From Burkholderiales bacterium (GTDB lineage: Bacteria; Pseudomonadota; Gammaproteobacteria; Burkholderiales; Burkholderiaceae_C): a stretch of 32,000 nucleotides of DNA. Position numbers and translations under genes: made by a program. Position 1 is the first letter of the stretch. Every line of letters starts with the position of its first letter. Below the pieces are notes generated by a model. It had not been told where the DNA came from, searched no databases, and worked only from the letters and a program-made list of their open reading frames with translations. Shown here one piece after another: positions 6,363 to 13,867 of the stretch. The DNA is taken from positions 1 through 32,000 of the forward strand of contig JACRAZ010000064.1 of NCBI GenBank assembly GCA_016213205.1, in the 5' to 3' direction.

Positions 6363-9074
6363 TCAGGCGTGGAGCCACCCGCGGGCGCGGGCTTCGCGCA
6401 GGGCCCCGGTGCGGTTGCGCACGCCCAGCTTGGCGTACAGGTTGTGCAGATGCCACTTGACGGTGCCTTCGGTCAGCACCAGGCGCATGGCCACGTCGTT
6501 GTTCGACATGCCCTCGGCCAACAAGATCAGGATTTCCATCTCGCGCTCGCTGGCGCGCGCGTCGTCAGCCGCCGGGGCGCCGGCCGATGACGCGCTGGGC
6601 TCCAGGGCGCGCACGATCTGTCCTGCGTGGTTGGCGGCGGAGGTGCCGGCACCGGGCGAGCCAGGGGCGATGGCTGCTCGCAGCAGGGGCACCAGGGCCG
6701 GGCCCTCGTCGACGTACAGACGCTGGTAGCCATGCGCAGCGGCCAGCGCCAGGCTGTCCATCATGGCCAGCGTGGCGGCCGGCTCGTCGCCGGCTGCGTG
6801 CAGCGCGCGTGCGCGCAGCATCTGCATCTCGGCCTGCTTGTAGTTCTGGCCGTTGGCGCGGGCGCGCGCATGGCCGGCGTCGGCCCATCGCAGCGCCGCC
6901 TCGACGCGGCCGTGCGCAAGGTCCAGCCGTGCCCACAGCCGCTCGGCCTTGTCCAGATGCAGGGCCGAACGCGCGCTCTCCGGCTGCAGGCCCACATCGG
7001 CGGCGATGCGCCAGGCGCCGTCGGCGTCACCCGCGTGCAGCAGCAGCAGCGCGCGTTCGGCGGCCATCGTCAGTTGCAGGCGCACGAAGCCGCGCGCGCT
7101 GCCGATGCGTTCGCCCTCGGCGGCCGCGTCGAGCGCGGCCGAGAGGTCGCCGCGCGCTGCCTGCAGGCGCGCCGCGGCGACGTAGCCGGCCACCATCGCA
7201 TCGACCACGCCCTGGTGGGGCAGCAGGGGCAGCGCGGCTTCGGCCTCGTTCGTCGCCTCGGTGAGCAGACCTCGTTCGTACAGCAGCAGGGCGTGCATCG
7301 CGCGCAGCATGGCCACCAGCCCGGTGCGGTCGGCCGCGGGGTCGGCGGGCAGCGCAGCGGCGATCTCGGCCCGCGCATCGCGGTGCCGCCCGGCCTTGAG
7401 CAGGGCCACCGCGCTCACCACGCGAACCCACATCAGCCCGTAGGGCAGGCGCGCACGCTCGAAGGCGAACTGCGCCTCACGAAGTGCCTGCTCGGCCTGG
7501 GCGAAGCGCGAATGGCACTTGTGCGCAAAGCCGAGCACTGAAAACACCGCGCCGCGGTGGAAGGGCTCCTCGTCCGCTGCCTGCTCGAGCCAGCGCTGCG
7601 CGTGGGTCTGCGCCGCGTCGGCATCGTCGCGCAGCGCCGCCATCACCGCACGCACCGACAAGCCGGCGTGGGCCAGAGGCACGCTGTCGGGGCCGGCCTC
7701 GCGCTCGGCGCGGGCCAGGCGGCCCTCGGCTTCGACCCAGCGGCGCAGGAACACCAGCGCCCAGGCCGCGAACAATTGCAGCAGCGCATCGGCGCTGGTG
7801 TCGCGCCTCTCGATCTGCGCCAGCAGTTCGAGATAGGTCTCGTGCCGCCCTTCGGCCTGCACGAGCTGGCGCGCGTAGCCGCACAGGTGAGCGCGCGACT
7901 GCGCCGCGTCGTCGCCGGCCAGTGACAGGCGGATCGCGCGGTAGGGGTCACCATGGGCGTGCCACCAGTGTGCCGCCTCGCGGCGCAGTTGGTTGGCGCC
8001 GCGCCCTTCGCCGGCCAGGCGTGCCAGCGCGCTCTCGGCCAGCAGCGGATGCAGTGCGTAGAGCACCTCGTCGTCGACGCGCGCGCGCGCCTGCGCGATG
8101 CCCAGCGTCCCGGCTTCGGCCAGGGCCTCGCGCGCGCGCGGCACGCCCAGTTGCTCGAGCAGTCTGGGCGTGAACTCGCCCAGCGCGGCCATCGTGAAAA
8201 GTGCTTCCTGGCGTTCGGCCGGTAGGCCCTTGATGAAGCGTTGGTGGATGAAGTCGTTGACCAGCAGATCGGTGCCGGCCACCGGAGACGCATCGCCGCC
8301 GGCCAGGGTCAGCTGAACCAGTGCGGGCCAACCCTCGGTCAGCCCCAGCAGGCGCTGCACCGCAGCGGTGTCGCGCGGGCGCTTCAAGCGCAGTGACAGC
8401 TCGAGCACTTCGTCGGCGCCGAAGCGCAGCTCGTGCTGGGTGATCCAGCGAACGCGGCCGCGCGCGGTGAGCGAGGCGAGGTTCAGGTTGGCGGCGTCGC
8501 GCGTGGTCAGCACCCAGCGCACATGGTCCGGCGTTGCGTGCAACAGGTGGTTGAGCGTGTCCAGGCTGGCCGCGCCGCACAACTCGTGCACGTCGTCGAG
8601 AAAGAGCGTGCGCGGCTTCGGGTCGCGGCGCATCGCGTCGAGAACGGCCAAGGCGCTGGTCTCGGGCGTGACCATGGCGCTGAACGTGCCCGAACCTCCG
8701 GCCGGCATCGGCCGGTCCAGCGCGGCCAGCAGCGACCGCTCGAAGTGGGCCGGGTCGCGCCATGCTGCGTCCAGTGCGAGCCACGCCGAGGCGCCATTGG
8801 CCGGGCTGCCTTCGCGAAACCAACTCGCGGCAAGGGTCGTCTTGCCGAAGCCCAGCGGCGCGGCGACGACGACGATGCGCTCGCCCGGGGCCGGCAAGCT
8901 CAGGTGTCGGCGCGCCACCGTGGCGGCGGCGTCGCGCGGCGCCGTCCACCGGTCAGGCGGGGGAGATTCCTCGTGCAGACCGATAGCCGCCGACGACACG
9001 CGGCGCCGGGTGTTCCTGGTGGTCTTGGGGCGGCTCATCAGCGTCACGCAGGCGGTTCGCATTTCAAGCGACAA
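6363..9074 (-). CDS. Large ATP-binding LuxR-family regulator (LAL / MalT / AlkS type)
   Basis: 903-aa ORF.
- N-terminal NTPase with Walker A (VVAAPLGFGKTTLA) and Walker B-like (LFLDDVHEL).
- Long helical/TPR-like middle region.
- C-terminal LuxR HTH: REMEILILLAEGMSNNDVAMRLVLTEGTVKWHLHNLYAKLGVRNRTGAL.
- The start is uncertain (TTG 9074, ATG 9062 or ATG 9038) and none has a clear SD. Confidence 0.9.
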   Translation of the reverse strand: MSLEMRTACVTLMSRPKTTRNTRRRVSSAAIGLHEESPPPDRWTAPRDAAATVARRHLSLPAPGERIVVVAAPLGFGKTTLAASWFREGSPANGASAWLALDAAWRDPAHFERSLLAALDRPMPAGGSGTFSAMVTPETSALAVLDAMRRDPKPRTLFLDDVHELCGAASLDTLNHLLHATPDHVRWVLTTRDAANLNLASLTARGRVRWITQHELRFGADEVLELSLRLKRPRDTAAVQRLLGLTEGWPALVQLTLAGGDASPVAGTDLLVNDFIHQRFIKGLPAERQEALFTMAALGEFTPRLLEQLGVPRAREALAEAGTLGIAQARARVDDEVLYALHPLLAESALARLAGEGRGANQLRREAAHWWHAHGDPYRAIRLSLAGDDAAQSRAHLCGYARQLVQAEGRHETYLELLAQIERRDTSADALLQLFAAWALVFLRRWVEAEGRLARAEREAGPDSVPLAHAGLSVRAVMAALRDDADAAQTHAQRWLEQAADEEPFHRGAVFSVLGFAHKCHSRFAQAEQALREAQFAFERARLPYGLMWVRVVSAVALLKAGRHRDARAEIAAALPADPAADRTGLVAMLRAMHALLLYERGLLTEATNEAEAALPLLPHQGVVDAMVAGYVAAARLQAARGDLSAALDAAAEGERIGSARGFVRLQLTMAAERALLLLHAGDADGAWRIAADVGLQPESARSALHLDKAERLWARLDLAHGRVEAALRWADAGHARARANGQNYKQAEMQMLRARALHAAGDEPAATLAMMDSLALAAAHGYQRLYVDEGPALVPLLRAAIAPGSPGAGTSAANHAGQIVRALEPSASSAGAPAADDARASEREMEILILLAEGMSNNDVAMRLVLTEGTVKWHLHNLYAKLGVRNRTGALREARARGWLHA

Positions 9075-9277
9075 GCTCGCGCGCCGTTTGTGCAGCGTGC
9101 GAACGACCGACGCCTCGATGCCGGATGATCGGCTGGTTTAGCGGTTCGCCAGGCTGGTGCACAACGATGATACAGCGGAGAGGCGCCACACGGGCGCTGC
9201 GGTCGCGACGTCGCAGATCTGGTCTGGCGTGCGCAGGCTCATGTCGCGGCATTCAGCGGTACGGATCAACTTGGTCA

Positions 9278-11335
9278 CTAGTGAACGTGGTCGTCCGGCG
9301 GCGGCATCAGCCGCGGCTCTTCGCGCAACAGCTCGCCTTGCCGAAGCAGGAACTGCGCATCGGCCCACTCGGGCGACTCCGACGGCAGCCAGCGCGAGCG
9401 CGCGTAGCCGAAACGGTCGATCAGGAACTCCATGTGATGCGGCGATTCGTCGGCGATGGTCTTGCCGGCATCGGCCAGGGTTCGGCGCAGCAGCAGGTAG
9501 GCGGTGGCGGCGTCAGCCGCGCCATCGACCGGCGCGATGAAGGGCAGCGCGGTGCTTGCCGTCGGCGACCCGGGCAAGGGCACGGCGACGACCTGCACGC
9601 TGCGCTCGGCCAGGCGGGCTTGCCACTTGGCCAACCGCAGCAACCTGCGCTGCGACGCGGGCAAGGTGTAGAAGACGAGCAATACGACCTGGCCGCGCAG
9701 ATCCTTCAACGAACCGGGACGGCCCTGCGCATCGGTGAAGTCGAAGTTCGGCGCGCCCAGCCAGGGCCGGCCGGGCACCACGCTTGGCGTGAGGATGCGC
9801 GCTTGGAAACCCGAGGAAAACAGGCGCAGGAAGTTGACGATGTCCCAGCGGTCCTCGGCCGACGTGGTGTGCGCGAAGCCGGGCATTGGCGTGTCAGGCT
9901 TGCCGTCGGTGAGCCAGTGAAAGATGTCGCCCCCGGTGTGCAAGGCGGTGTGCGGCTCGGCCAGATCTGTCGGCGGCTTGGCGAGCCTGGCGGCCAGCGG
10001 GCCGTCGCCGCGCGCTGCCGCGCCGTGGCAGTCGGCGCAGTGGCGGCGATACAGCGCGATGCCGCGTGTGATCGATACAGCGTCGTAGGGCACCTCACTG
10101 CGAAGATAGGTGCGCGGCCAGGCCGGCACCGACAGGGCCCAGATCAGCGCACAGGCCGAGGCCAGCGCCAAGGCCGCGCCGGCGCAGGCGCGCCACGGCG
10201 CCGCGGGCCGGCGCATGACCACGGCCGTCCAGTCGCGGGCGCCGAGCGCCAGCGCCACCACCAGGCCTGCCACGCCCAGCCACAACCACAGCGCGACGCC
10301 GGGTTGGCCCCAGGTGGCGGCCAGCGATACGCGAAACGGCAGCGGCCACACCTTCACGTCATGCGCCGCAGGGATGGTGCCGGCCGCATTCGCCGCTGCC
10401 CACAGCAGGAAGGCCACCACCAGCGCTTCGGTCCGCACGCTGCGGTGCGCGCCTTGCCACGGCGCGGCGTCGCGGTTGTTCAGTGCCGGCACCCAGCGCC
10501 AGCGTACGGCGGCAGCCAGCCAAAGCACCGGTAGCAGCAGCGCCATCTTCAGCAGCACCCAGCCGCCGAAGCGGGTGGACAGCAGCGGCGCGACAAAACC
10601 CTCGATCACGGTCGAGGCGCCTGCCACCCAATCGTCGGCGCGCGCCGGCCACTCAGTGGGCGCGCCCAGCAGCAGATAGCTCATCGCCACGCCGCTGGCG
10701 ACGACGGTCGCCACGCCGAGCGTGGCCAAGCCGGAGAAGCGCCGCAGCAGGTCAGCCATCCACTGCCGGTAAAGGGCGTCAGTACCCGCGGCGGCAGCGC
10801 GCGCCGAGCCGAACGCCAGCCAGGGGAGGGCGCCGGCCCACACTCCGGCGGCCAGCAGGTGGGCCGCCGCCGCAGTGAGCGCCATTTCGGTGGGGTCGAC
10901 CGCCGCGCCGTGGCCCGACCAGGCCGCCACGCACAGAACGAAGGCCGCCAGCGCCCAGGCCGCGAGCGCTTCGGCGCGCAGGTGCGGCGCCGCTCGGCGC
11001 CGCCACAACAGCAGGCCGAGCAGCAGCACAGCCGCTGCCAGACGCATCTGCCAGACGGCGCCGAAGCGCGTGCGCTCGATCACGTGGCGCCACTCGGCCC
11101 ATTCCCAGGCCGCTGCGGGCCGGCCGCTCACGGCCGCCGCCTGGAGCCCCAGCGCAGCGAACGACAACACGATCCCTGCAGCGACCAGGGCGGCGCTGGC
11201 TCTCCACAGCTGGGCACGCCACCGCGCGGCCGGCTCGCCGCCACCGTGCCCACCGATCACGAGCAGGGTCTGAGCGCCGAGCACGGTGCAGGCGCACAGG
11301 GCTGACGCCCAGCGAACGTCGGTCGTGAAGTCCAC
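9278..11335 (-). CDS. copD: CopD-family copper membrane protein fused to a class I cytochrome c and a Sco/thioredoxin-like domain lacking the CxxxC motif
   Basis: 685 aa.
- About 390 aa of polytopic membrane domain, following CopC by 9 nt (typical copCD pairing).
- Then RRHCADCHG...TPMPGF (heme c CxxCH plus an axial Met).
- Then FDFTDAQGRPGSLKDLRGQVVLLVFYTLPASQRRL...HHMEFLIDRFGYARSRW. This follows the Sco1/SenC-thioredoxin layout, but the Cys pair is replaced by LPAS. Confidence 0.85.
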   Translation of the reverse strand: MDFTTDVRWASALCACTVLGAQTLLVIGGHGGGEPAARWRAQLWRASAALVAAGIVLSFAALGLQAAAVSGRPAAAWEWAEWRHVIERTRFGAVWQMRLAAAVLLLGLLLWRRRAAPHLRAEALAAWALAAFVLCVAAWSGHGAAVDPTEMALTAAAAHLLAAGVWAGALPWLAFGSARAAAAGTDALYRQWMADLLRRFSGLATLGVATVVASGVAMSYLLLGAPTEWPARADDWVAGASTVIEGFVAPLLSTRFGGWVLLKMALLLPVLWLAAAVRWRWVPALNNRDAAPWQGAHRSVRTEALVVAFLLWAAANAAGTIPAAHDVKVWPLPFRVSLAATWGQPGVALWLWLGVAGLVVALALGARDWTAVVMRRPAAPWRACAGAALALASACALIWALSVPAWPRTYLRSEVPYDAVSITRGIALYRRHCADCHGAAARGDGPLAARLAKPPTDLAEPHTALHTGGDIFHWLTDGKPDTPMPGFAHTTSAEDRWDIVNFLRLFSSGFQARILTPSVVPGRPWLGAPNFDFTDAQGRPGSLKDLRGQVVLLVFYTLPASQRRLLRLAKWQARLAERSVQVVAVPLPGSPTASTALPFIAPVDGAADAATAYLLLRRTLADAGKTIADESPHHMEFLIDRFGYARSRWLPSESPEWADAQFLLRQGELLREEPRLMPPPDDHVH

Positions 11336-11344
11336 CAGGGCAAG

Positions 11345-11716
11345 TCAGGGCTTGAGGGTGAACGTGTAGCCGTAGTCCACCGTGTGGCCATCGACTGAGA
11401 GAACGCGGTACTTCACCGTGTACTGCCCGGGCGCGAGCGCTGGCAGTTCCAGCACCAGCAGCTTGGGGTCGGCCGCATCCACGGTTGCCCTGGGTGCGTC
11501 AATCGGTTTGGCGTCGCCGTCGCGCTGGATGCTGATCGATGCATAGGCCGGCTCCAGGCGTTCGTTGAACCACAGCCGGATCTGCCGGGGGGCCTTGCTC
11601 AGCACCGCGCGGCGCGGCGGCTCCGACTTGACCAGGGCGGCGTGAGCGCGCGCCTGCCCGCCGGCGACCACTGCGGGCAGCGCGGCCAAGCTCTTGGCAA
11701 AGACACGCCGCCTCAT
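11345..11716 (-). CDS. copC: CopC periplasmic copper-binding protein, Cu(II)-site-only type
   Basis: 123 aa.
- Signal peptide ...GQARA|HAALVKSEP gives an N-terminal His in the mature protein.
- Conserved LSVDGHTV and the CopC-length beta-sandwich pattern.
- No Met anywhere in the mature sequence, so there is no Met-rich Cu(I) site.
- The start overlaps the upstream gene stop as ATGA. Confidence 0.9.
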   Translation of the reverse strand: MRRRVFAKSLAALPAVVAGGQARAHAALVKSEPPRRAVLSKAPRQIRLWFNERLEPAYASISIQRDGDAKPIDAPRATVDAADPKLLVLELPALAPGQYTVKYRVLSVDGHTVDYGYTFTLKP

Positions 11717-12201
11717 GGCTTGACTGCGCCCTTGGCACCGGGTGCGACGACGGTCACGCCGACACGGCGCACGCTCGCCTCGATCGTCTTGTGCCGGGCG
11801 TCCGACCAGTAGACAGCGACCGAGCGCTCGCCAGGCTGCGCCGGCAGGTCGAAGGTGTAGCGGTAGCGCTGGGCGCCGACGCGCTTCAGATCAGCAAGAG
11901 CCGGCATGATCGACACGCCGTCCATGTCGATGTGCAGGTGGATGCCGGTTTCGGCGCCGCTCATCGTCATCTTGCTCAGGTCGGCCGGCGTCTCGAATTC
12001 CACCGTCACCACCGGGCCCACGCGCGCTGCCGGCTGCGGCGAGACGATGCGGATTGGCGGCAGCGCCGCCGGGGAGACGCTTGCTGGCGCCTTGTCGTGC
12101 TGTGGATGGCCCGTGCTGCCTGCCCAGGCGCTGCCCGCCGACATGATCGACAAGCAGGCCGCCAGGGCGAGCCGCGTGCCATCGAACTCCAGGATCTTCA
12201 T
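11713..12201 (-). CDS. Small periplasmic His/Met-containing protein. Possibly DUF4399-like, from memory of that family.
   Basis: The start is set at ATG 12201 (MKILEF...), giving a signal peptide (LSIMSAGSAWA|GSTGHPQH) and 162 aa. The ORF extension to 12387 runs into the porin gene.
- Motifs: IRIVSPQP...VTVEFE, MTMSGAETGIHLHIDMDG, YWSDARHK, VGVTVV.
- Translationally coupled to copC (ATGA). Confidence 0.7.
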   Translation of the reverse strand: MKILEFDGTRLALAACLSIMSAGSAWAGSTGHPQHDKAPASVSPAALPPIRIVSPQPAARVGPVVTVEFETPADLSKMTMSGAETGIHLHIDMDGVSIMPALADLKRVGAQRYRYTFDLPAQPGERSVAVYWSDARHKTIEASVRRVGVTVVAPGAKGAVKP

Positions 12202-12322
12202 GGTGACTCTGAGCGCCGGTCCATGCCGGCGCGATGTGGTGAACGAAGAGTCCGGCTTCAAGGGCTTGGCCAGAGCTGCGGCGGCCCCGCACGAGGACGG
12301 ATGGTTACTGCGGCCTCTTGGG

Positions 12323-13660
12323 TCAGAACGAGAAGCTGGCCCCGACGCCGATCGCCCACATTTTGGCCTCGCCCTTGAAGCGGGCAACCGGAGCGCCCAG
12401 CGCGGCGGCAGCGGTGCCGTCGGTGCGCTCGACCGAATTCTTCATCGCGTAGGCGCCATAGACATCCACCCGCATCGACTTGTCGAACTGGTAGCCCAGG
12501 CCCGAACTGACCGTGTGCTTCATCACGACCGGCACCAGCGTGGTCTGGACGATGCGCACCACGTCGCGCGCCACCTCGCCCAGACCACCGGCTTCAGCAG
12601 CAGTCCCCAGGGGAAAGGTGCCGACGCCACGCAGGCCGCCGAAGGTGTTGTTGGGTGTCTTTCGCAGAATGTCGGACGAGTAGTGGTAGCCGGCGCGCAG
12701 CTTCCACAGGCCTGTCGTGTACTGCGCGCCCAGGGCCAACAGCCACTGGTCTCGCCACACGTCGCGGTAAGTGCTGGCCCTGGACCAGCCTTTCCAGACC
12801 AGATCGGCCTCCAGCAGCCAGGGCGAGTGATTGCCTGTGCTGGCCAGGCCCAGGATGACCTCCTCGGGCTGCTCGATCGTGAGGTTCTGGTAGCCGATGC
12901 CGGCCACGCTGGTGTGGACGATATTTTCGAACTTGTAGCGGACCTTGGACTTGTACGCCGCACCGGCGGTCAGATCGCCACCCAGCGCATAGGTGGCGCC
13001 CACGGAAAACCCGCTGCCGAAGGCGTGCGTGCTGCTCGTGGTGCCCCCGAAGTCGCCCAGGGGGATGCCGATGGACGGCCCGGCCGTGCCGAGCTGGCCC
13101 AGGCCGAATCCGGCGGTCAGCGCGGCGCCGACGCTCAGCCGGGGTGTCACCCGGTGCGCGTAGGCCAGGTTGGCATTGAACGAAACCAGCTCGACCACCA
13201 GCGGCAGGCTCGCCGCGCCCGCCACTCCGATCAGCGACACCGGCTGCGCGCGGAAATCGGCCCCCAGTCCCGCGTCGACCTCGATCCCCAAGCCCAGGAC
13301 TCCATTGGGTGACAGCTCGATGGCCATCCCCACGTCGGGCAGGATGTAGTCGTTCGTTCCCGAGGTGCTGATATTCGTTCCCGCGGCGCTGCTCTGCGTG
13401 TTCTTAGAGCTCGCGCCGAGATAGGACGCGCCGACGTTGACGTTGCGCCCCCTGAAGCCGGCCAGGGAAGCCGGATTGCCGAACACGGCCGCGGAGGCCT
13501 CCTGCGGCATCGTGTAGGCCGCGCCGCCCATGCCGCCCGCCGCAGCCTTGTAGCCGAGGTTGGAGTCGGAGCCGACGGCGGTGGCATGGGCCGCGCCGCA
13601 CAGCGCGAGCAGCCCCCCAGCCAGCAGCCACTGTTTGCGCATCACGTCGTTAGCCTTCAT
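12323..13660 (-). CDS. Outer-membrane beta-barrel channel of the FadL/TodX/OmpP1 type for hydrophobic compounds
   Basis: 445 aa, with a strong SD (AGGAGAcagagATG).
- Signal peptide ...LCGAAHA.
- N-terminal hatch-like segment GGMGGAAYTMPQEASAAVFGNPASLAGF (the NPA-x-L motif typical of FadL).
- Alternating beta-strand pattern and a C-terminal ...VGASFSF with terminal Phe.
- The family assignment is by motif and size only. Confidence 0.65.
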   Translation of the reverse strand: MKANDVMRKQWLLAGGLLALCGAAHATAVGSDSNLGYKAAAGGMGGAAYTMPQEASAAVFGNPASLAGFRGRNVNVGASYLGASSKNTQSSAAGTNISTSGTNDYILPDVGMAIELSPNGVLGLGIEVDAGLGADFRAQPVSLIGVAGAASLPLVVELVSFNANLAYAHRVTPRLSVGAALTAGFGLGQLGTAGPSIGIPLGDFGGTTSSTHAFGSGFSVGATYALGGDLTAGAAYKSKVRYKFENIVHTSVAGIGYQNLTIEQPEEVILGLASTGNHSPWLLEADLVWKGWSRASTYRDVWRDQWLLALGAQYTTGLWKLRAGYHYSSDILRKTPNNTFGGLRGVGTFPLGTAAEAGGLGEVARDVVRIVQTTLVPVVMKHTVSSGLGYQFDKSMRVDVYGAYAMKNSVERTDGTAAAALGAPVARFKGEAKMWAIGVGASFSF

Positions 13661-13695
13661 CTCTGTCTCCTGGTCAAGTTCGTGGGTTCATCCAA

Positions 13696-13709
13696 AACAC
13701 GATCGTGTT
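13696..13709. promoter_or_regulatory. Perfect 14-bp palindrome AACACGATCGTGTT upstream of the FadL-like gene. Candidate operator.
   Basis: Read directly. It lies 36-49 bp upstream of the ATG at 13660, within the 207-bp gap after the ALDH stop. Confidence 0.3.
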
Positions 13710-13867
13710 GGCCTGGCAGCGCTGCGAAGCCACGGGTGCCGAACAGCGCGACGGGACCGGTTTCGGGCAACTGCGGTCTGAGGGTTTGGCACAGCCCGAG
13801 CAGCGGAGCACGGTGAACCGTCGGCCCAGGCCAGCCCTTGAACCGCCCCTCATGGCTGCGCTGGGGA

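Noticed and set aside
12202-12387. Upstream extension of the small periplasmic protein ORF (224-aa version starting at 12387)
   Set aside because: The extension overlaps the 3' end of the porin gene and is Arg/Ser/Pro-rich without a signal peptide. The internal ATG at 12201 yields a normal signal peptide.
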